This document shows positions 50,071-60,146 of a stretch of 60,146 nucleotides of DNA, piece after piece. This DNA is from Chrysochromulina tobinii (lineage: Eukaryota). Each line of letters opens with the position of its first letter. Positions within the stretch are counted from its first letter, which is position 1. The DNA lies in contig JWZX01003405.1 of the NCBI GenBank assembly GCA_001275005.1, positions 1 to 60,146 on the forward strand. Reading direction: 5' to 3'. Below the pieces are notes generated by a model that searched no databases, had not been told where the DNA came from, and saw nothing but the letters and a program-made list of their open reading frames with translations. Both the position numbers and the translations under genes were made by a program.

Positions 50071-53000
50071 CTAACCTGCTGAGGTGCCGGAACGGTGGCT
50101 CAGAGCGCCTTCCGTGCCCGATCGGTGGCTGAGGTAACTTGGATCGCCACTTCCGAGCTTGCGCGGCGAAAGCTTCGGTATCCGCTTCTTCTTGTTCACA
50201 AAGTTCGCGAGCCCCTCTTGGGCCTCGGAGCTGGCTGGATTGGGGAAGACCTCGATGGCTGTGAGGCACGGGAGCATGCCCGCCTTGATCACGGTGATGA
50301 GCGCGTGCAGCCCGGGGTCCCCGATGCGATTCAGGGAAATGCCGAGCTCCTTGAGCATGTTCATGCGCTTCGCCTTGATCGCCTCCGCAAAGGCCGCGAG
50401 GCCGACGTTTCCAATATGGTTCTTGTTGAGGAAGAGCCGCTCGAGCCACACCATCGCGCCGTCGGCGACTGCTCCCGAGAGGGCCGATAAGCCAATGTCG
50501 TCGATCTCGTTGTTGCGCAGGTTGAGAACTCGGAGTGCGTTGAACGCGGTGGCCTCGGCGCCGATTACGGAGGCAATCAGCACCGCCGACGCTTGCCCTA
50601 GCTTTTTGGACGAGAGGTCGAGCTTATTATTTGGCACCGGCTCGAGGCCTTTGAGCTGCAAAACGGGCAGTGCGAAGCCCTCCACATTGACTTCGACAAG
50701 CGACGTGTTGGCTCGAATACCGAGCGAGATAGCGCGGCCGCCCTCGAAGCCGAGGGTGTTTTCCTGCAGGTTGAGCTGCGTCACCGAGGAAGAGGTGACG
50801 ATGTCGGCTGCAAGCAGCCGTGCACACGAGGCACTCAGATGCTTGAACGTTATGTGTGGTTGGCCGTGCTTGAGCCCGCAGAGCGTCTTGAGCCGCAGCA
50901 GCACCTTTTCGGTGCTATCCGAGGCCACCTTCGGGCGATCTTCACCCCGCAAGATACCACGTTCCCAGTGGTCCGACGCCTTGGGTGCTCCTCCCTCTTC
51001 CTCCTCCTCGTCTTCGACGCGACCCCCTCCTCTTCCTTCCTCCCTCCTCCTCCTCCTCCTCCGGGTCTGACCCATAGTCGGGAATGAGGAGCTTGACAGT
51101 CTTTCTTTGGGGCGCATGGAAATTCCCATCCTCCGCCGGCACTGCCGCAGACTTCTGAGTGTCCACTGGTATCGAGCCTTCGCCGCTGGCCTCATCGCCG
51201 CCGCTGAGCCCTTTACGCCGTTCCTTTGCCGCTGATTTCACGTTGATCGCATCGGTGACGGCCTTCACCCTCTCACGCTCGCGTTCCGCTTCCTCTTTGC
51301 TCAATCCTTCGGCCAATTTGGCGGCTCTTGCCGCTTCCTCTTTGACCCCGAGCAGCATTGAGGTCGCTTCGTCATCGAAGCAATTTCCGAGAAGGTTGAT
51401 CTCTTCAAGGGAGGTGCAAAGCATCAGAATTGTAGCCAACACACGGCCCTCTGTCGGTCCAAGCGACTTGTTGGACAGGTCGAGTTCAGATATCTGATTC
51501 TCACGAAGCTCGGCTAGCGGAATCTCGGAGAGCCGCCGAATGGATGCCGATGCGAGAATGGCCTTGGCAAGCTGTTCAGCTCCGACGGCCCCAATGAGGT
51601 TGGACCGTACGTCGAGCTCCGTGAGCGACGAGCTCAGACCAATGATTGCGGACAGCACCCAGCCTTCCGTCGTGCCGAGTCCAGTGTCTACCAACGAGAG
51701 CGTAGGTGCCTCGTTGGCGCGAAGCTCCTTGAGTGGGATCCGCGAGAACTTATTGAGAGATGAGCTCCTAATCACAGCCTCGGCCAGCAGCCGAGCACCC
51801 TCGCCCTCCATGCCAGAATACCGCGTGTCGAGCTCCGTCACGTGGAGGGCGTCTGGCAACAGCATGGAGGGCACGATTCCTGAAGCCGAGCCGAGTGCCT
51901 TTCTGCTCAGATCGACCACTAAGCCGCTTTCGGCTTTGTTGTTCTTGCCGTGCTTCTGGTGTTTCTCTTCGCCGTTTCGCGACGGAGCCTCATCAGCTTT
52001 CTCTGCCTCGTCGCGCTTCTCGGGCTTCTCGGGCTTCGCGGGCTTCTCGGGCTTCGCGGGCTTCTCGGGCTTAGTGGCGTTCTCCGCCTTCTCTTTCTCA
52101 GCCTTCTCTTTTTCGAGCCTTTCTTTCTCCTTGTCGGCCTTATAAGCTTCGATCTTGAGGAGTCGAATGGGCAGTGAGGCACCATCGAGACTGAGCTTTG
52201 CTATGGACGTCGAAGCTCGCACGGCCTTAGCAATAACAAAGCCACCTTTGGGGCCTAAGCGGTTCTTTGCTATGTTGAGCTCAGTGAGCGTGGGTGACTC
52301 ACGTATGGACGGCTCGATGATCGCGAATTCCGTCATGTCTATGCGGTTCTCGGATAAGTCGATCGATGTGGCGACTAGCATCAGCTGGGCGATGGCCTTG
52401 AACGCAGTGGGCCGATCACCGCCAATCTTTTGGCGCAGATCGAGCGACTTCTTGCCACCTGCTCCACAAGCCTCGAGCAGCCCCTCTCGGAACACATCGC
52501 CCATTTCAATGCCGAGCTTCAGTGAGTTGGACCACCAGGCAGACCATTGCCACGGTGGCGCGCCAGGTAGTCGTGAGCCCTTGCAGACGGATTGGGCTGC
52601 GTAGAACTCCTGGAACGAAAGATGGGACGACTGCATCTGCAGCGGATCGCCCTGCAACAGGCTCACGAGCGGCAACCGGTCTTGAATCACTCGACTGCGC
52701 ACATTGGACATCGCTTCGCGCATCGACTCTGGAATGAAGGTCACCGCGTCCGCGATGGCGCGCTTCCGTGCCTCGTCGCCATACTCGGCTTCGAACTCGT
52801 CCTCGGATAGCTTGGATGTCATGACATTCTTTTGCTTCAGCCAATCTGTGATCTTGCCGTCGTCGAAGAAGCGAACCTTGAATGGAGTCTGAGAGCCATT
52901 GTCACGGATGCACACGCCGCGCCGGCTCATGCCAAGGCCGACGACTTCGACTACATGGCCTTCGCGTGCGCGGTCCTTGTTCGAGAAGATTGGCACCTTT

Positions 53001-56000
53001 GATGCGTTGGCTAACTTTTCCGGCACCGAGAGTTGGAGTGCCGCCGCTGCGAGATGGTCTTCCTCCATGACGCGCCGCAATGACGCATGCGCCTGAAAAA
53101 AGGTTGCCTCTACAAGGCGCGTCTCCTCGAGCCCTGCAGCCGCTGCCACGGCGGCGCCACGCTCTCGCCGGTTGACACGCTCGATCATCGTGGTAGCGGC
53201 CGTCGCGTACAACTCCGAGATGGTCTCGGGCATCGCGGGCAGTCCCTCGCCTTTAGCGCCTAGTCGGATGGTGAAGATCGAGATGATCATCGAGAGCATC
53301 AGAGGGTTGCCTGTGATACGTTGGCCAGTCTCCGTATCTAGCGGGACCTTTTCGCGGACGTACGTCCAGAGCATGCCGATGTGCTCCTTGTCGACACGTT
53401 GCTTGATCACCGTCTGCTGCTGGTCCTCACGCAGAGGCTTCATCTGCAATCGATGGAAATAAATATCAAAGGCGCTCTCGTTCAGACCCGCTGGCCGGGA
53501 GGTAACGAGCATCACGTGGCCTTGCGGCGCGAGCACCTCAGTGACGTGCCTTTCGATCTGTTCGCGCATCTTGCCACCCTCATCGATTCCGTCCAGAAGG
53601 ATCATTGCACGACGCGCCATGAGCGTCTGCCGCATCATAAGGTACGTCTCGTCTGTGGCCCCGTGCTTGCACCTGAGGTACGCGTCAATCCAGTTCCACG
53701 CGCCCGCAAAGATGTGGCTGTTATCCTTGATGAGGAGCAGGCGTTGCAGCTCTTGCACCTTGATGAGCACGGGAAAGAGAGTGTACGTGCGGCTCGGGTC
53801 GGCTGAGGCGACGCCTGAGCCTTTGATTGCATCCTTTGAACGAGCTGAGTCTGGTTCTGTACGTGCTGGCTTCGCCTTCTGCTCCCGCCCGAGAGAGTGC
53901 ATGATCAGTTGCGACATGAGGCACGTCTTACCGGCCGCCGGAGGGCCGGTGAGCAGGATGCATGCTTTGCTGTTGGCCATCGAATGGCGCACACGTTGCT
54001 CGTACGACCTCTGCAGGAAAGCGTACAGACCCGCCACATCCTTGATGTCCCCGAGCGAGTCATCGTTACCGGGTGGCGCGCCATTGGCGGCAGCCACCTC
54101 GATCGGCACGGTCTGGTCAAACACGTCCAGGCGCTTGCCAGAGAGGGCATCGAAAATCGAGGCGTGCTTTGCGCGGAGCGTCTGCAAGTAGCGACGTGAG
54201 AGTGCGCGATAGTCGGCTTCTTCCAGCTGGCACGGCGCGTGGTTCCAGGGCGAAAGATCCGCCTCGTACATCTTCTGCATGCTATCGCGCAGCACATGGC
54301 GCGCCAAGCCCTCATACGACTCGTGCACCACGACGTCGCGCCACTTGCCCGAGCAGAGCACGAAGAGCTGCTGTTCTTTGGCATAGACACGAAGCCCGCA
54401 GGCATTCAACTGCCGATGCTTTGTGAATGACCACAGCGGCGCCGCGCGTCCGAGGCTCTCTTCTACCTGTACAGGGTCGAAGGTGACTGCGCGCTTGAGC
54501 TCGGTCACAAGGATCTCGTTCGCCTCTGAGATCTGCTTGATTTCCTGGCTTCGTGCTCCCGAGATGTGTTCAAGATTGCGTGTTGCGTTCTTGAGCTCCT
54601 TATTAGCCTTGTCGATGCCGTCCTGGCGATCGCCAGCCTGACGATTCTCAGCGCGCTCCTTGTCCTTCGTTGCCTGCGCAAGTCGAAGCTCAGCGCTTGC
54701 AATCTCAGCGTCCGTCTTCTCCATTTTGTCTTTAGCCGCTTGTCGCGCGTACACCCACTTGGCAGAAGCTTGATCGATGAGCTTCAGAGCCTCGTCAGTC
54801 GTCTCCTTGAGAAGCGCGTGGAAGTTGTCGAGCTTGCGTTTCAGTTTCTCTGCGGCGCCTTCGATTTCGCTGGCAAACGTGTCTCGGAAATCCATCTGAT
54901 TTGGCAGGCTGAGGAGCAGCGGCACCTCTTTCAATGCATTGAACGGCTCCTTGATGATCTGATTGAAATCCAAATTGCCCTGCTGTGTCACGCCCGGGGC
55001 CCTCCATGGCAGCACCACCTGCGAAATCGCGTCGAAGTTCTGGCTCGCATCAGAGTCGAGACCGACAATGCCAAGCTGAAGCTCGCCCTCGCCGCCGAGC
55101 AGTCGCTCGGCCTTACTCGCGGCAAGCTTCTGAACCAGCTGTCCCCTGGTAAGGCGCAGCATTTGTCGTGGTTCGACGCGCGGGCGCGGTGGCTGCGAGG
55201 GTGCCCGGGGGATGGCTGTTTGCAGAGTATTCGCCAGGCTGAGCGTCGCATGCCATGCGAGCGCTTTGTGCCAGCGAGAGAGCTCGGGGTTGTGCAGAGC
55301 CTTGAGTGACCACAAGAGCAACGGCATCACCAGATTCGAAATGTGCAGGTCTGCATTTGCTGCAGGCGTGGGCGGACCTGCCCCCTCCGAAGGCTCTGCC
55401 TCCTCGTCGTCTCCTTCTCTCCGAGAACTACCGTTCTCCTTCTCCGCAACTTTCTGCGTGCACTTCAGGAGCAGCTCATAGGCGACCCGAATTATTGTCG
55501 TGCACAATTGGAAGATGAGTTTCGACACTGCGGACCAGTGGTTCTTCGCCTGTCGCGTGGCGATCTGCCACAGCTCTGGCGGCTCACCCGTCCATCCGAG
55601 CATGGCATCGAAGACAGCGCACGCCTCACTGACGCGCGACCGCGCTTCCGCCTCGTCGCGCGCGACGTGCACGAGAAGCTTGAGCGCCGCGCTCACCTCG
55701 CTGTGCGCCTGAGGCGTGCACGTCTGGAGCGATTTGTGGAGCGATTTGTACACCTCGTCTTTGGTCGTGTGGTTCATCGCAGCTTCATGAAGTCGCGCGG
55801 CGATCGGCATGGGCACCTCCATGACGTCTATGAGAAGGTTGGGCTCATCGAGATTGATCAGCTTGATGTCATCGATCGTGAAGCTCAGCGGAAAGTGACG
55901 GAAGAGTAGGGTCGCGAGCATGTTGGCCGCGTCGCTGAGGGGCTCGGTTGGCATCGTTTTCGCGCTGGCAGCCACGTCGACGAGCCACACCGTGCTGCGC

Positions 56001-58432
56001 AGGTCGATGAGAATATTCTCTAGGGTAAGCGAGCCATGCTGTTGCGCGACGAGCGGCTTGTGGTTGACGAAACCCGCGGGCCGCGAGATGGGCTTGAGAA
56101 GGTCAACGAGCAAGCTACACAGGTCAGCGAGAGACTGGCCGCTCTTGGAGTCGACAGGCACCTTGTAGAACTCTGCAGCCCGCGGGACGTGGACGAAGGA
56201 ATGTTTGAAAAGCTTCACGTGATCTCGCACAATGACGCCGTCAAGTCGCTTGCTGAGCATCGCTACCACGGATTTGAGCGGCGCTGGCGGATCGTACCCG
56301 GGGTAGTCGGAGATGCCATACGGGTTTGTAGGCGGCGGCGGCAGGAAGACAGTACTGATCAGGATGCCGAGGTCACGGATGAAACGCTCGATGCGGCCGC
56401 CCATGGAGCACGAAAACAGGTGCTCCCGCTCTGCACTTTCGAGCGAGAGCACCGAGAGCGGCGATCCCGCCGAGAACAGGTCCTTCAACACGTCCGCACA
56501 CCACAGGTCCGTTGGCACGTCGTCCTTTGCGCTAGCGGCCAGTGCATCGGCACCATTGGGATCTCGGCGGCGCGGTTTCGCATTCTTTTCTTTGCTCTCC
56601 TTGTCTCTACCCTCCTTGTCTTTGCTCTCCTTGTCTTTGCCCTTGGTGACGCGTGGCGTTGGATCGCCTCCGCGGGGCGTGGCAGCACCCTTGCTAAGGG
56701 CGTTGGCAGCGGCTGTGTCGAGGGTGATTTCCTTTTCTTGCAGGGACGTTTGCAGGATCGTCGCGCCGAGGCGCGACTTGAGCGTAGTGAGTAAGACGCC
56801 TTCCTGCTGGTCGTAAAACTCGGGCAGCACCCAGCACGCATTTACCATGTCGATCAGCATCGCCCCGCAACCATTGAGGTAATAAGGCCCTCGCGAAACC
56901 TTGGTAATTCCCGCACCGCCGGTAAGCTTGCACATGTCGTCGAGACGTTGGCTCTCGTGCTTGAGTGCTGCGGCGTCATCGATGCGGCACACCAGCGGCT
57001 CTTCGAGCTGTCCTTTCTCATCGTACGTGTGGCACGAGAGCAGGAGGGAGCTCTCTCGTCGCCCACCGCGTATCAGCCTTACGACGACGCGCGAGCACCC
57101 TTCGAGTAGCCAGGCCAATAGCGTGAAGTTCGTATCAGACAGGCCCACCTCGCTCGAAGCTTCGACGCGCGGCTGCCACGCCCATACGTGCCGATAGAGC
57201 ACGTTCGCGCCATCGGCGCTCACCTCGTCGGTCGTGAAACCGGGCTGTGTCCCCAACGCGGAAGCTTGCACCCGCGCACGCACGGTGTACCGACGCTCGC
57301 GCGTGAGCAAACCGGGGTAACTTGAGGAATAGAAGGTACGCTCCGACTCGGCCAGGGAGGACTTGTCGATGCTCACAGCTTCCATGGGGATGGCCGACAC
57401 AACATAGGTCGTGAGACATCGCTCGGCGCCGTCGAGAGGGCGCTCGCCACCGAGCAGGGTGACTTGGAGTGGGGCGCGGTGAGCACGCTGCCGGCCGTTG
57501 GGCATGATTTGCATGACCTCGACGAGATTGCCACCTCCGGTTTGCATCCTCGGCACGAGCACGCCCAACCCTTCGGTACGAGCACTCTGTGGTCCCTTGA
57601 CTTGGGCGGCGGCAGCTGCTGCCGCGTGCCCCGTCGTGATTACCCGTGGGCTCTCTGACGCGGCTGCTTGCGCCAGGCGCACCTCGACGATGCGTTGCTG
57701 AAGCAGTACGCCCTTAGACCCTTGCACGTTGAGTTCACTCTCACCGTTCTGAAGCTCACTGAAGAGCTCTTCCACAGTGCGCGTCGCCGTACTCATCTCT
57801 GGGGTGCTGCTGGCCGCGCCACCGCTCGAGGCTAGCCTACTGCCGGTCCAGCCAGCTGTGTTGACGCCATGTGCGATGAGCCACGCTTCGAGCTGTTTAG
57901 GTGATGCGTAATCCTGGAGCGCTGGGCTCCAGCCACGCTGATCGACCACGAGAGACCGGCGGCGAGCCATGCGCTCACGTGCTTCTAAGTGGGCCGTTTC
58001 GTCGACAGACGATGCTGAAGATGCACCGTGCCCGGTCGCAGTGCCCGTGCTGCCTTCTGCTGTAGCTTGCGCAGCAGCTGCATCGTCCTTGCCGGAGCTT
58101 GGCTTGCTGGTGCGCCCAGGCCGTCGTTCGACGGCACTCTTTGTCTTAGGTTGGCTCGGCATCCCGGCTGCAGACAGTCGTGGCAGAGCTGTTCGAGGCG
58201 ATACACCGCGCCTCGCGCCGAACTCGAACGGGTTTCCGCCACTGGCCGCCGGTGAGGCATTGGGAGGTGCCGTGGCTGCCCTTGCGCTGTTTTGTGCGCT
58301 GGACAGCCGCTGCGAGCTAGCTCCTGGTGGAGAAGGACCAGTCAGCTGGGTCGGCTTCTTGGCGCCGGCAAGCGCAGGACGCCGCGCTTTTGCATTTGGA
58401 GCGTCCGGCTTCGATGTTGCAGCCGTTGGCAT
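50071..58432 (-). CDS. Giant NLR-like protein: Nudix-like domain, kinase-like (TCAD9/APH-like) domain, coiled coil, NACHT NTPase and RI-type LRRs; 1-nt frameshift near 51043
   Basis: Walker A TGPPAAGKT, Walker B LLDGIDEGG, sensor VTSRP, GNPLML and winged-helix SHLSFQEFYAA. LRRs such as LTELNIAKNRLGPKGG and LTELDVRSNLIGAVGA continue in ORF 50071-51195 after a GAG-repeat slip. First ATG at 58432. Confidence 0.85.
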
Positions 58433-59034
58433 GCAACACTTCGATGCTGCTGCCACGCACTGCCGCGTGGGCGCGTGGGCGAGCGGGGTTGAGCTCTCCG
58501 CGCGGAAGAGTGTAGACGACAGTGGCCGAGGCCAGGCGAAGTCTAAAAAAAGGTGAACTTGGGGGAAGAAAGTTTGGAGAATCGACTAGCGAGATCACGC
58601 GACGCGCACCTATAAGTTTTGCGTGAAGGTTCGCTCGGGAAACCGAGCGAACCGGCCACTCAGCGCCAACGCTGACTGGTTGGCTAGCCAAAGTAATTGA
58701 AGGCCCCCCCCCGAAGTGTCAAGTGTGTACGGTATGTTACCACGTGTGAATCAGGCCGAACGGTCTACGACCGTACGAGCACGGCCATCGCCAACCATCC
58801 TCCAAGCAGTGCGCAAGTACCGGCTCCTTCTGGGCTGGCACGTGAGCAGTGAGAGACTGAGAGTAGAAGACCGGAGTTCAGAACAATGACGTAGAAGAGA
58901 GAGAGAGGACTGACGGTCGAGTGCTCCGTCTTGGAGATGTTGCTACCCCTTGTGTCCTCGTGTTTGGGTAGGGTCGACGGTGGCCGCAAGGCGCAAGAAT
59001 ACTTTAACACGACCGCCTCACAAGACGGGTACAT

Positions 59035-59351
59035 TCAACAATTTGTACAAGCGGTGCGACCCCACGAGCGCGCCAGACGGTGCAACGACGGCACGCGGTC
59101 CGCCGTCATCAGCGTGCACAGGCACACGTCGGATAGCACCGCGGGCGCGACCCAGCGGCGCCAGGCAGCGATGCGCCGGCGCGGCGAGCGTTCGCCCGTC
59201 GGCTGCCGGATGGTGCGCACGCCGCAGTCGGAGTAATCCATGCACCGACGCGCCCGATGGCGCGCCGCCCCCGTGGGGAACGCAAACACGCACTCGACAC
59301 CGTCGCAAGACGACGGTGTCGAGCACAAGTGGCTTCCAAAACGCAGCCGGG

Positions 59352-59387
<36 letters not shown>

Positions 59388-59559
59388 CTCGCACCGTTGG
59401 CGTCCCACCACAGGTAGGCGGGCATCTTCTCGGCACTTGTCATGACCCGTTCGCGCGCTTGTCGGCACTTGTCATGTCCATCCGCCGGGTTTCAGCTGCT
59501 GCGGCCATCGTCGCGGTCACGGTGGTTGGGGTGGTCACGGGGTTCAGGGGGTTGATCAT
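59035..59559 (-). pseudogene. Possible truncated type II membrane glycosyltransferase (GT49/LARGE-like) fragment
   Basis: Poly-Leu membrane anchor from a (cag)11 repeat, then DVCLCTLMTADRVPSLHRLARSWG, similar to the start of the GT49 domain. In-frame TGA near 59440 and an early stop at 59035. Confidence 0.3.
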
Positions 59560-60050
59560 TTGCTTCGCTGCTCGGCACGACGCGGCGACGCGTGAACGTG
59601 AACGGTCCGCTGTATTATGTGGCCAATAATACGAACCGTATTAATACAGAATACAATATAATACGTATAATACATAATATTCTGATCTTTTCCGTGTATT
59701 AGTCATCCCTGTAAGCGAAAGTGCCACGACGGCGCGTGTATCACCCTCGCGAAAATATCTTTTGAAGACGATCTTGCGCGACGGGGGGAAATGGAATGAT
59801 GATGTGCTTGTATGCTTCTTCGTGACGAGCACCTCTTAAGGAACCTAAAGGAACCGTTTTAGTACCGGTAAGGGTCTCCCCCCGGCTTTTTACCGGTACT
59901 GTACCTGTATACCCCTGGCACTGCCGGCCGCTACGCGTCTGCCGCGCGCGCCTTCATTTCGCCGACCGCCTTCGAGCAGGCGCGGGGAGGCGCTCTGGGA
60001 GCGGGTGGAGGCAGGGTTGGGTTCGCTGGGGGTGGCCTCGGGTGACGTAC

Positions 60051-60146
60051 TACAGTTTCCTATCGTTTTTGGGTACAGTTTCCTATCGGATACGTATCCT
60101 GATGTATCTTGATGTATCCTGCATGTATCTTGATTGTATCCTAATG
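60051..60146. repeat. Duplicated tacagtttcctatcg 15-mer followed by a (gatgtatc[c/t]t) 10-mer array; possible DNA-transposon terminus
   Basis: Copies at 60051-60065 and 60074-60088, palindrome ggatacgtatcc, and an array running to the window end. Confidence 0.5.

Noticed and set aside
1..60146. tRNA, rRNA, transposase or reverse-transcriptase genes
   Set aside because: None recognised by eye; tRNAscan-SE, Infernal and HMM searches would be needed to exclude them formally.

Overview
GC-rich, gene-dense, intron-poor eukaryotic DNA. A haptophyte-like alga is my inference, from 10-nt tandem repeats filling GT-AG introns, UGA-Sec with a eukaryotic SECIS, and a large NACHT-LRR gene. About 22 protein-coding genes are supported. 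Housekeeping-type genes: ARPC1, RPL5, RluA-type pseudouridine synthase, PPR-tRNA m7G methyltransferase, aldo-keto reductase, HAD phosphatase, HtpX/M48 protease and cyclophilin, plus several centrosome/cilium-type coiled-coil proteins. Main highlights: (1) an OAS/CD-NTase-like nucleotidyltransferase fused to TPRs and a beta-helix, convergent on a giant Nudix-like/pseudokinase-NACHT-LRR gene, a candidate innate-immunity locus; (2) a BCP/PrxQ peroxiredoxin whose catalytic Cys codon is an in-frame TGA, with a well-formed form-II SECIS downstream (a selenoprotein split in two by the ORF track); (3) an Nramp-family transporter fused in frame to an arylsulfatase; (4) introns that look born by exon duplication; (5) a ~100-bp insertion with inverted pentamer arrays and a target-site duplication; (6) a hydroxylysine kinase-phospholyase fusion ending in SKL; (7) a structured RPL5 5'-UTR intron. 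Five genes are broken by single-base frameshifts, most likely assembly indels. All family assignments come from motif recognition by eye; no database searches were run.
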